A DNA stretch of 64,000 nucleotides. It comes from Leucoraja erinacea. Lineage: Eukaryota. Made by a program: the position numbers and the translations under genes. Location: positions 19,840,001-19,904,000 of the forward strand of contig NC_073393.1 of assembly GCF_028641065.1 (NCBI RefSeq). Reading direction: 5' to 3'. Of the stretch, positions 49,893 through 60,287 are shown piece after piece (within the stretch, counting starts at the first letter, position 1; each line of letters opens with the position of its first letter). The notes under the pieces were generated by a model. That model ran no database searches and was not told the origin of the DNA. It worked only from the letters and a program-made list of their open reading frames with translations.

Positions 49893-52800
49893 GTATATTT
49901 TACTCTTGCTATAGACAGTCCGACCGAAAGTTAATTATCAATTTATATGTTTGCTGATCCTTTATCTTTATTTATTTTCTCCTTTCGTGCAATTTTCAAT
50001 TAATTTGGTCAATACCTCGCTTTAATCCAAAACCTTATAGTTTGATTTTTCGTTTCCCGACAGCTGGTGGCGATGGTCCGTTGACCGTAACACAAGTTCC
50101 AGAAGCAGTTTTGATGCGGGGTGACTCGGCAGTGCTTTACTGCATTTATCCAATCTTCTCAGACAACAAGCCGTACAAAGTGCATTGGTGGAGAGATGGG
50201 GATAATAGATTCCTGGATGAAAGTGCAGATAGACGAATCCAGTTTTATTTCCTGAGAGGGGGAAGCGCTGTCTTACGGGTGAAGGACGTGACAGTGAAGG
50301 ACGCCGGGCTCTATTTCTGCAGCTTGACACGTTCCAAAGTTTTAAACGGGACTGGTACAAAGCTGGTAGTTTACGGTGAGTTTCGGGGAGAGGAGTGAGC
50401 CAGATCGGTCAACTTCAACTGTTGGAGGAAAACAGAACCAGGGGCCACAGTTTAAGAATAAAGAGTAAGCCATTTAGAACGGAGACGAAGAAATACTTTT
50501 TCACACAGAGAGTTGTGAGTCTGTGGAATTCTCTGCCTCAGAGGGTGGTGGAGGCCGGTCCTCTGGATGCTTTCAAGAGAGAGCAAGATATGGCTCTTAA
50601 AGATAGCAGTCAGGGGATATGGGGAGAAGGCAGGAACGAGGTACAGATTGGAGATGATCAGCCGTGATCACATTGAATGGCGGTGCTGGCTCAAAGGACC
50701 GAATGGCTAACTCCTGCACATACTGTCGTCTACTGTCTATTCACCAACTAAAAGCGATTAGCTCAATCAAGTTAAAGAAATTGCGCTTTCTTCATCATCT
50801 GTGTGCTTTGAAATAATATGATTTTTGTGATGGGTTAGATAGTATTTTTGACGCAATTACCAACGAATCCGAATAGACGTATTGAGAGAGTAAATGATGC
50901 CTTCCACACCTTCTGCTTGACAGAATTAAAACACCTTTCGCGTATATTTTAGAATTGCTTCAACGCCGAGGGAAGGTTGTTACTGAAACCAACAACACAC
51001 GATACAGGTGGTTGAGAGTGACAGTATGCAGGGTTCCGAATGTGGTACTGATCGAGGAGATTTTTTAATTGATTTCTTTGGACCTGTCATATTTTTTTTA
51101 ATCTAAATTGTAAGGAATTACAGAATTATAGAATCATACAACACAACAACTGGCCCGTTCTGCCCACGTCGTCTCTGCCGACCGTGCTACTTATATATGT
51201 TGATGGCGTTTGCCTGCATCAGGACCATATCCCTCTATAACGTTTCTCCGTAATTACCAGTCTAACGCGATTTAAATGTTATTACTGTACTGCACCCTCT
51301 TCTGTGGCAGATGTTCCAAGTGTGCAAACCTTCCTCGTTTACATTTTCCACTTTTACCTAAAAACCGTGCCTCATAGTGCGTGATTCCACTATTCTGGGG
51401 GGGGGGGGGACTCTGTCTGTGTGGCCCCGATATTTAAAAAAAAAAAAAAACTTTTACAAGGTTACTCTTCTGCCTCCTATGTTCTACTGAGAATAAACCA
51501 AGTTCACCAAATGTCTCATTTTTTATTCATCATCTGTGTCTCGTTATAACTAGGCCCCTCTATTTCAGTCAACATTCTGGTGAACTTCCTTTGCACTTGC
51601 TCAATTGGTACCATGTTAATCCGTAGTATAAGTTTGGTCACATTTCTGATTGTTCCGGATGCTACTTGAAATTATATAGGAGCCGTGAAGCGAGTCAGTC
51701 ATTGAGGGATAAAGATCTGCATTGTTACATTTAGTCTGAAGAAGGGCCTCGACCCGAAACGTCAACTACTCATTTTATCCAGAGATGCTGTCTGACCCGC
51801 TGGTTACTACAGCTTTTTATGTCTACCTTCGGCTTAAACCAGCATCTCTAGTTCCTTCCTACACATTGTTACATTAACATGTATTTTCCGTTAACTTTCC
51901 ACTTATGGTTGTAGCAATAGCAGCATTGGAAATAGAATTAAGATCATGTAGGTATTGAAAACGGTTTGTTTTTAAATGGTGCAAATGTACTTGTAGTTTG
52001 AATCTCCAGCCTACATTTTGGGCGGCTTACGCAGACGCTGATCACTGTTTGAGCTATTGTAAATGGACGGGGTAGTGACATTTTCATGTATGAATGTCAT
52101 TGATATCGTCTCAGAGGCCTTTACATACCATCCGACATTCTTAAGGCAATGTGATGGTGCTGGGATAATTGTGCTCGAAGTAATGCAATACTTTCTTCTG
52201 TGCTTAATGGAACTCTAAATAGCGAGCTGTTCCCTCTGGTCCAGATGTACAATATGTTTTCACACATTCTTCTGACCTTGTAAAGTAAAGCTTTGTTTTT
52301 TAACCTCAAATTACTTCTGAATAAACCTTATGCCCGAGTTAGTCATTTGAACAACGAGAAAGAATATATTTGTAAAATAGTGATAGTCGAGCGCTTATTA
52401 TTGATTACATTTTGTACAATTAACACAAAATTATAATCAAAATCGCGAAGACGATTAAAAAAAATCAAGTTAATGCTTTGGCTCCGAATGTCCCTGCACA
52501 GAGCGGAACGCATCATTTACATGCGCTGCGAGTAGTAGCGGAAGCGCCATATTTATGAAGTAAGGTGTTGTACAATATACCACAATTGTAAAATCAAGGC
52601 ATACGACAACGAGGATTAAAAGGAAGGAAATTAGTCGTTAGATAATACAAGGAAAATACTTAACAGTTTTAAATCACTGTAAGTGCATTGGTTATAAAAC
52701 CAGGCTGAAAACAAATATAATTCAATTAAGATTTTTTTCGAGGTTGCAATGAAATTTGATTCGTCACGAAAATTGCGGTGAAATTAAAAAAAATCGTTTT

Positions 52801-55506
52801 ATTTTCCAGACCCCCCAACTCCTCTGAGCTTGACCACCATGCTGCCGGAGAACACATCGGTTACTCTGATTCTCGTTTGTAAAACAGCAACGTTCTTTCC
52901 TCTTGATCTGAATATTACTTGGTACAAAAATGGGTCAGATATTATACAGAAGATTGAGCCAAACAAAACGCAGACATCAGCAGGACTGTACGAAGCTTGG
53001 AGCTGCCTGACCGAGATAGACGATGTGGAGAGCGGGACAGTTTATACCTGCCAGGTGTCTCATATTTCTCTTCCGAATCCAACCAATATCAGCTACACTT
53101 TCTACAGCCGAGGTAAGAATAACGATACATTTTCAATGCAATTTGGCCACATATCCATTATTACCTCAGGAAAAGGTGTGGTTAATAAACCATATTGTCC
53201 ATTTAGCACCGTTGTATAACCGTTGACACGTGTGTACCACAACAAAGGGCGATGTTGGGACAAACGTCCATACTTGTGTGTGTCTCATGAACCTTATACT
53301 CATGAAAGTATATTTTCGTGCCAAAACACCACGCTATGGTAAGATCAGGAGTAATTGGACTTACATATTCTGGAGACAGAGGTGGTTGGCTGGGCATTGT
53401 TTCCCTTAGTGTACAGGAGGCTGAACGTAAAACATACAATAGTACCGCACAGGAGAGGGCCCTTCATCCGACAATGATTGCACACAACATGATGCCTCAT
53501 CTGCCTGTAGATGATCCATATCCCTCGATTCCATGTGCCAACTGCAGATGCTGGTTTACACCAAAGATAGACACAGAATGCTCGAATAACTCAGCGTGAC
53601 AGACAGCATCTCTGGGTAGAAGGAATGGGTGACGTTTTGGGTCACGATCCTTCCTCGTGTGCCTGTCTAACAGCCTCCTAAACTCCACTACAGTATCTGT
53701 CTCCACCACCACCCCTCGCAATCCGTCCCAGGATCTCAATACACTTAGTAAAAGTCTTGCCCCGCACATCTCCAAGAAACCTTCCCCATCTCAGCTTATA
53801 GCTATGCAGTCTAAGGATGACAATGTCAAGCCCTGGAGAATGAATCTGATGGTCTACCATATCTACGCCTCCTAAAGTTATTCAGGTCGACCTTTTGCAT
53901 TCCGTAAAAACCTCTTAAATGTCATTATTGTTCCTTTGTATCTTGGTATCTTTATCCACTACCAGGTCTGGCAGTACATTCCAGGCACCAACTACGCTCT
54001 GTGCATAACACTTGCCCGGCATCTCTTCTTTAAACGTGTCCATCCAACCTAAACCTACTCTAGTCGTTGTCCTTTACACCAATAAAGGCTGTGACCAGTT
54101 GTGCCACTCATAATTTTATATACTTCCATCCAGAATCCTTTCAGCCTGCACTGCTCTGGAAAAGACAATCAAATCTGTTCTAACCTCTCCTTGTACCCAA
54201 TACCCTCTAATCTAGACAGCATCCTGGTTGAAGGCAGCATTGTGGCGCTGATGATGGAGGGAGCTGTCGACGGAGCCAAGACCCGTTTGTACATCAATGC
54301 TCATCTACGTTTACATCCAAGTCATTCATATAGAAATCACAAACATTGATCCTGGTAGAAGTGCACTTATCACAGAGCTCCAACCATAATAACACTCTTC
54401 TACCTCAACTCTCTGTCTTGTTTGAGTAAGCCAGTTCTGAATCCATACCACCAAGTCACTCTGAATCCGATCCATCTCAATTTTCTGGATCAGCCTGTCC
54501 TGCCGTGGACTAAGCCAAGGTGACTGACCGTAATTAATCAATTTTCTGCCAATAAATCCAATCCTGAATTATACTCTTCAATAAATTCCCTTTCACTGAC
54601 GAACCATTCCCCATGTTATTATGCTTCCCAACCAGCCTTGTATATTTCGCTTAGCCGTCTACAATGGAATCTACGGTTAAAACTCCAAGATTTTCCAGCA
54701 TATCTTAATGGATGGACAATAATTATTGATTAGACAAGACAACTACGAAAACAGAAATGATCGCATTGGAATTTGCAAGAGCTTGCTTTGTTGAAACTGC
54801 GCGCTTCCTTCCCCGCTACACATCACGTACTTCTACATTCTTCATATGGCCTCGCCTATGGTACAAATAACCTCCTGCCATATTACGTTGGATTCACCCG
54901 GCCTGTAATTTACTCTTCCAATGGATTCCTCCAGATTTGCACTGGAATTTATTCTCCCCATGCGACCAAGCCGATCAGCACCCAGCGAGATTCTTTAAAC
55001 TTTACAAGTGATTCACTCATGCCTGTTGAAGGATTTCTAAACTTGTCGAGGTAAAGGGGGCGGTGGATGACACCATTTCACGGAGTGCTGCTGTGTGTCC
55101 TTCGCTTAATTGCCATTATTCTTGATCCTTTATCCTCTCCATATTTTACTTTTTACATCGAGCCTTAATCCCAAGCATGAAGATTTCGCAGCATTGGTTA
55201 TAATCGACATTTTAAAATGAATGATGGTCCGCAATTGCAAGATCACTGACACTATTTGTTAGAATTCAATTTGCAATGAATTCCAATGTACTTTGCAAAA
55301 AGATGGCAGGTTCCGCCCACGCGTAAACGAATCTATAAAATGGTTTCAATTTAATAGATTCTCTGAGACATTTGAACATTTATTTTGTCATGGTGACCTG
55401 AATCAAGTACACAGGACAAGATGTTAAGAAGTCCCTTGTGCCAATAGGTGGGGAGCATTTCACGACATTCGTTGACTGTTGAGAGGAGTAGACGCTCAAC
55501 ATCGAT

Positions 55507-55541
<35 letters not shown>

Positions 55542-58500
55542 GGGTATATCTTGGCCTGATCTACCATTGGCATCATTTAAGAAAAATAACTGCTTTAGAA
55601 AATCAATGACAGAATTTTTGCAAATATTTTGAGGACACGCTGTTTCCTGCCCGAATAATGGACATTGCTTGTACATTGGAAACTCTTGTATATAATGGAG
55701 ACAGTCTAACAACCAAGTTATAAAATTAAAGATAGACACAAAAAGCTGGAGTAACTCAGCGGGACAGGCAGCATCTCCGGAGCGAAGGAATGGGTGACGT
55801 TTCGGGTCGAGACCTTTCTTCAGACCCGACCCGAAACGTCATCCATTCCTACTCTCCAGAGATGCTGCCTGTTCCGCTGGGGTGCCTCAGGGATCTGTGT
55901 TGGGTCCTTCGTTGTTTGTCATGTACATCAATGATCTGGATGAAGGTGTGGTAAATTGGATTAGTAAGTATGCAGATTATACCAAGATAGGGGGTGTTGT
56001 GGATAATGAAGAGGATTTCCAAAGTCTACAGAGTGATTTAGGCCATTCGGAAGAATGGACTGAAAGATGGCAGATGGAGTTTAATTGCTGATAAATGTGA
56101 GGTGCTACACCTTGGCAGGACAAATCAAAATAGGACGTACATGGTAAATGGTAGGGAATTGAAGAATACAGTTGAACAGAGGGATCTGGGAATAACCGTG
56201 CATAGTTCCTTGAAGGTGGAATCTCATATAGATAGGGTGGTAAAGAAAGCTTTTGGTATGCTAGCCTTTATAAATCAGAGCATTGAGTATAGAAGCTGGG
56301 ATGTAATGTTAAAATTGTACAAGGCATCGATGAGACCAAATCTGGAGCATGGTGTACAATTTTGGTCGCCCAATTATAGGAAGGATGTCAACAAAATAGA
56401 GAGAGTACAGAGGAGATTTACTAGAATGTTGCCTGGGTTTCAACAACTAAGTTACAGAGAAAGGTTGAATAAGTTAGGCCTTTATTCTCTGGAGCGCAGA
56501 AGGTTAAGGGGGGACTTGATAGAGGTCTTTAAAATGATGAGAGGGATAGACAGAGTTGATGTGGACCAGCTTTTCCCTTTGAGAATAGGGAAGATTCAAA
56601 CAAGAGGACATGACTTCAGAATTAAGGGACAGAAGTTTAGGGGTAACATGAGGGGGAACTTCTTTACTCAGAGAGTGGTAGCGGTGTGGAATGAGCTTCC
56701 AGTGGAAGTGGTGGAGGCAGGTTCGTTGATATCATTTAAAAATACATTGGATAGGCATATGGATGAGAAGGGAATGGAGGGTTATGGTATGAGTGCAGGC
56801 AGGTGGTACTAAGGGTAAAAAGTTGTTCGGCATGGACTTGTAGGGCCGAGATGGCCTGTTTCCGTACTGTAATTGTTATATGGTTATATGGTTAATGCAG
56901 TTTTTTTTGTGTCTATCTTCGGTTTTATCAAGCATCTGTACCTCTTTCTTATAAGAGTTATAACATTAATTCGCGTTTGTCTATATATTGGATAGACTTC
57001 TTTTGTAGAGGTAACAAGACGTTTTGAGGAATGATTGCAGTAGCTGACGTCAATGAAGAGTTTTGAATTAAAAAGATTCGACAAAGCTTCAATCAAAATG
57101 TTGGTTATTAATGCTGTCGCTCATAGAATTAAACCAGTCAACTAATCAATAAACAAGCTTTCAAGAAGGCATACGAAGTAATGAAGAGAGTTTTACAGAG
57201 AAAAAGCTGGATATAGGATGTTGCTCTTCAATTATCGGATGGGAAAGCGTGGGTGGAATAAGATTCAGTGCAGTAATCTGTTTATGATTCTTACAAAACT
57301 TGTAACCAGACATAAAAGCTGACCCATGTAAGTTGCCATTTGATGCATTTGAAGTAAAATCAAAAGACAGGCCAGAAAGTGATATGTGCGCGTCCTTTCA
57401 CTAGAGCTGCGCGTTGTGCCGTCCCAAACCATTGCATATTTTACGTGTTAATGGGCCTCTTGACAAATTTAATCGATTCGTTACCGCAAATCAATAAAAC
57501 CATTCATGGAATGTTTCTTGTGTTTGAGGAAGATATCGTGAATCTGCTGCCATGCCTAACCCCTCCAGGTTGTTCACTGACATTCTAAGTCAAAGGAGCA
57601 TTTTCGTCTGTGTTCTGTATGGATTTTCGATGGTCGCCGTGCCATCCTGAATACAGCGGACGTCAATTCGCCTTTGGAAGTAGACTACGGGGTCATGCAC
57701 ATCATTAGAATGGACGGTTCCAAAAAAATCGGGTTCCATCGATACTCTGGATTTAAAAAAACAAATGATTATGTGTTTCTGTGTTGTACAGCACATCATT
57801 TGTCACGAATGGTATTTCCACTGTTCAGTCACAGCGAGCGAAATCTACCTTCGATTTTCCTACCACTCTCTTGAAATTAATTTTTATTTGGGATCGGACT
57901 TCACAGCAAAATTCAACTTCCATAATTACATCCCCAATATTCCATGAATACTGCATCGTCTATAATTCTGCCTCGAGCACACCAGGGTCGCCAAAAAACG
58001 TAATGACGGTAGAGATTTTTTTCTAGCCACACTGTTGAATCACAAGGTGAAGAGTATATAACTTTTATCCCTTCCCATTCGTAGACATTCCACAAAATGT
58101 CTTGTTGTACCGACACAGCTATAAATCACTACTTGTTACGCTCTGCGACCTATCCAAGCTACATACTTATATACTGTTTAGAATTGGTTGCAGGCAAATA
58201 TTTGGTTCTTCTGCGCCTCAATGATTCTTTGATCATATGTTATTTACACACAACTAGCATGAGACAAAATGAAAAAGACAGCAACTGCGTTCATGGGCAA
58301 TGTTCATGTGTGTTTATTCCCGTCGACGTCAACTCGATATAAACAACGACAGAATTATGCTTTTGAAATAGCAGCCTGTCCTATTATTAACACTATAAAT
58401 ATATTACAACTGGCCATTATTTTATTGTTTACAGTTCCATTACCCGATAATACATTTCATAACTGGATTTTTGGTTGCATCGGAGCAGGATTGATACCTC

Positions 58501-60287
58501 TCATAATCATTATTTTCATCGTGAAACGGAAAGGTAAGGCTCCTAAACTTTTTGATCTCGAGATTGTTATAAAATTAACCAATCAAAATTCAGCAATACT
58601 TTAGTTAGAAATACAGCTCGGAAACAGGTGATTCGGCCCACCGAGTCGGCGCCGACCAGCGACCCCGTCATAGTCACACTATCGTACACACACTAGGGAC
58701 AATTTACAGTTATACCAAGCCATTTAATCTACAAATCTGTACGTCTTTGGAGAGTGGGAAGAAACGGAGATGCAGGAGAAAATAATATTGGAGAGTTATA
58801 TTGGATCGGACACTGCATGCGTTAGCTGGTCTGTGGTACACACGCCCCATCTCACTGAGTGCGTCGTTTCTCGGAAGCTAACTTTTGAGTTAGTCACCGA
58901 TTTGTTCATGCAGGATAGATGCTTGGTGTTTTGGGGCAGGTTGTGGGATAAGGGGTTGAGTGTGAAAAATGGGTCGGTGATGCAGAAACACATTCTGTAA
59001 TTGAATGTGCTCCGACTCGAAGAGGACTAATATCCTGTAGATTTTTAACAATTGGTATCGTGATATTAGTTTTGCTACATACATGTATACAAGCTCAAAA
59101 GTTAAAAAAAATGTATATGCTGCCAGATTTACTGGCTACTACGATTCTTTGTAATGGCCAAAAGTTTTGTATTCAAAATTACCTCACTCTAGGGACGTGC
59201 AGAAAATCGAAAGGACGTGCAGCGCATACAACGAAGGTAAGACGTGTATAATACTGCAGAGACGTTCAAACAGCACTCGGACACCCTCCCAATTATTACC
59301 TTCGTTTGGATAATTACAAAATTCTCCAAGTCAACGCGTGATGAAATTGGAGCAAAATGAAATTCCTCAGTAATGCCTTCAAATGCAAACACAGCTACTG
59401 CAGGCCCATGTGTGTACTTGAATTTGTTAATGGAAGCATGGCGATAGAAACGTAGAATTGGGAGAAGGAATACGCGACATGGTCCTTCGACCTTTCTTGG
59501 TCGTTCAATACTTTCTCCCATTGTCCCTTGATCCCTGAGACTTGTTTCGCGCTGTAGTTCTCTCTCATATTATAACAATGTTCACATCATTTTGAATAAA
59601 TGTCATAATTTGGATTCCAGTGATTTGTGAGATAGATTTTCTTCTCTCCTGGAGAAGAACGCTGTCCCCATTACAGTTTGAAATCGCTTTTCCCGTATTA
59701 TTTTACAATGGTTCCTGGTACTGGGTTTCCCATCAATGGGAAATGACATTACTCCATCATATCTCTCCTATGCCGTGGATTTGTAAACATTTGTCTGGCT
59801 GCCTTCTCATGCGTCCAAATTTTAGTGAAATTACCTCAATTTAACCCAATGCATACGTTAGACTTGACACAGTCTATCAGTCTGTTGAAATCTCACTGAG
59901 CTCACCCCATCATAGGAAGATCTCGTCACAGTCAAAGAGACCAAAGAAACGCACGCCTCTCAAGGAGACCAGTCATCAAGGTCTATGCAAGCCGATACAT
60001 TCCTTTTCCGATAGCTTTTTTCATCGGAATTTGGCATGCTGCTGGAATGTACGATGTTTAATTTTGACTATTGTGGTAAATGTATGGAAAATATTTTGAT
60101 TGGTAGGAAATAATTCTAACAAAATACTGTTTTTTAGACTAAGCATTTGGAACCCAATGAAGCAATTGTTTACAGTGATTTCCGTATCGCTGATGCAAAG
60201 CGATCTGCCGAAGATAAATATGCAGAACCGAGCACAATATATACCCAGGTATATGCAACATGCGCCATTTCACGGAGCAGCGAATGA
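49841..60287 (+). CDS. Non-rearranging VJ-C1 immunoglobulin-superfamily type I receptor with ITIM-like/ITSM tail (SIRP/NITR/NKp30/VJC1-like); join(49841..49892,50064..50375,52810..53112,58435..58533,59193..59236,60138..60287)
   Basis: Six exons with GT-AG sites and compatible phases (1,1,1,1,0) sum to 960 nt = 319 aa + stop, with no internal stop: MMTRILLQLIVLHISCAAGGDGPLTVTQVPEAVLMRGDSAVLYCIYPIFSDNKPYKVHWWRDGDNRFLDESADRRIQFYFLRGGSAVLRVKDVTVKDAGLYFCSLTRSKVLNGTGTKLVVYDPPTPLSLTTMLPENTSVTLILVCKTATFFPLDLNITWYKNGSDIIQKIEPNKTQTSAGLYEAWSCLTEIDDVESGTVYTCQVSHISLPNPTNISYTFYSRVPLPDNTFHNWIFGCIGAGLIPLIIIIFIVKRKGTCRKSKGRAAHTTKTKHLEPNEAIVYSDFRIADAKRSAEDKYAEPSTIYTQVYATCAISRSSE*. Orthology cannot be assigned from sequence alone. 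Confidence 0.85.
50064..50375 (+). CDS. Exon 2: V-set Ig domain with germline-joined J-like G strand
   Basis: ttcccgacag|CT...TAC G|gtgagt. VTQ-P start, B-strand Cys (VLYC), C-strand Trp (VHWWR), DAGLYFC and G strand NGTGTKLVV (GxGTxLxV) all lie in one exon. Confidence 0.95.
50420..50741 (+). mobile_element. CR1 3' end in intron 2 of the IgSF gene
   Basis: RTRGHSLRIKSKPFRTETKKYFFTQRVVSLWNSLPQ; begins only ~45 bp after the V-exon donor. Confidence 0.88.
51732..51863 (+). mobile_element. Penelope-derived 132-bp element beginning with a hammerhead-like core
   Basis: 12-bp TSD cattgttacatt (51720-31, 51864-75); tagt-CTGAAGA-A-GGGC-CTCG-ACCC-GAAAC-GTC. Confidence 0.75.
52810..53112 (+). CDS. Exon 3: C1-set Ig domain
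   Basis: ttttccag|AC...CGA G|gtaaga. C1 signatures LVCKTATFFPLDLNITWYKNG and YTCQVSHISL; phase 1-1. Confidence 0.95.
55878..56894 (+). mobile_element. Young CR1 LINE (same subfamily as 42575-44174) in intron 3, inserted into a Penelope-derived palindrome (~55729-56945)
   Basis: ORFs 55882-56091 and 56102-56812 are nearly identical in protein to ORF 42661-44010; one 1-nt frameshift (tttaattgctg); same tail. Confidence 0.95.
58435..58533 (+). CDS. Exon 4: connecting peptide and transmembrane segment
   Basis: ttgtttacag|TT...AAA G|gtaagg. VPLPDNTFHN-WIFGCIGAGLIPLIIIIFIV-KRK: 20-aa hydrophobic span followed by a basic stop-transfer motif; no charged TM residue. Confidence 0.88.
58601..58785 (-). 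mobile_element. HE1-type SINE 3' half in intron 4
   Basis: ttagttag..ggaaacagg..ttcggcccaccgagtc..acactagggacaattt..gtacgtctttggag. Confidence 0.8.
59193..59236 (+). CDS. Exon 5: short basic cytoplasmic exon
   Basis: cctcactctag|GG...AAG|gtaaga. Encodes GTCRKSKGRAAHTTK; phase 1 to 0, which exactly bridges the TM exon and the last exon. Confidence 0.7.
60138..60287 (+). CDS. Exon 6: cytoplasmic tyrosine-motif exon
   Basis: tgttttttag|ACT...GAA TGA. TKHLEPNEAIVYSDF...STIYTQV...SSE*; this frame is not reported by the ORF track. Confidence 0.8.
   Translation, partial: TKHLEPNEAIVYSDFRIADAKRSAEDKYAEPSTIYTQVYATCAISRSSE

Noticed and set aside
50064-53112. Rearranging TCR/Ig locus with separate V, J and RSS
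   Set aside because: V and J-like strands share one exon. The CACAGTG heptamers I checked elsewhere (e.g. ~2419, 21519, 24300, 45900, 62596) lack a nonamer at 12/23 spacing. The TM lacks the charged TCR residues and the tail is long.
59916-59980. Extra cytoplasmic exon (EDLVTVKETKETHASQGDQSS)
   Set aside because: It has weak splice sites, ends in a phase incompatible with exon 6, and resembles decayed CR1; exons 5 and 6 join in frame without it.
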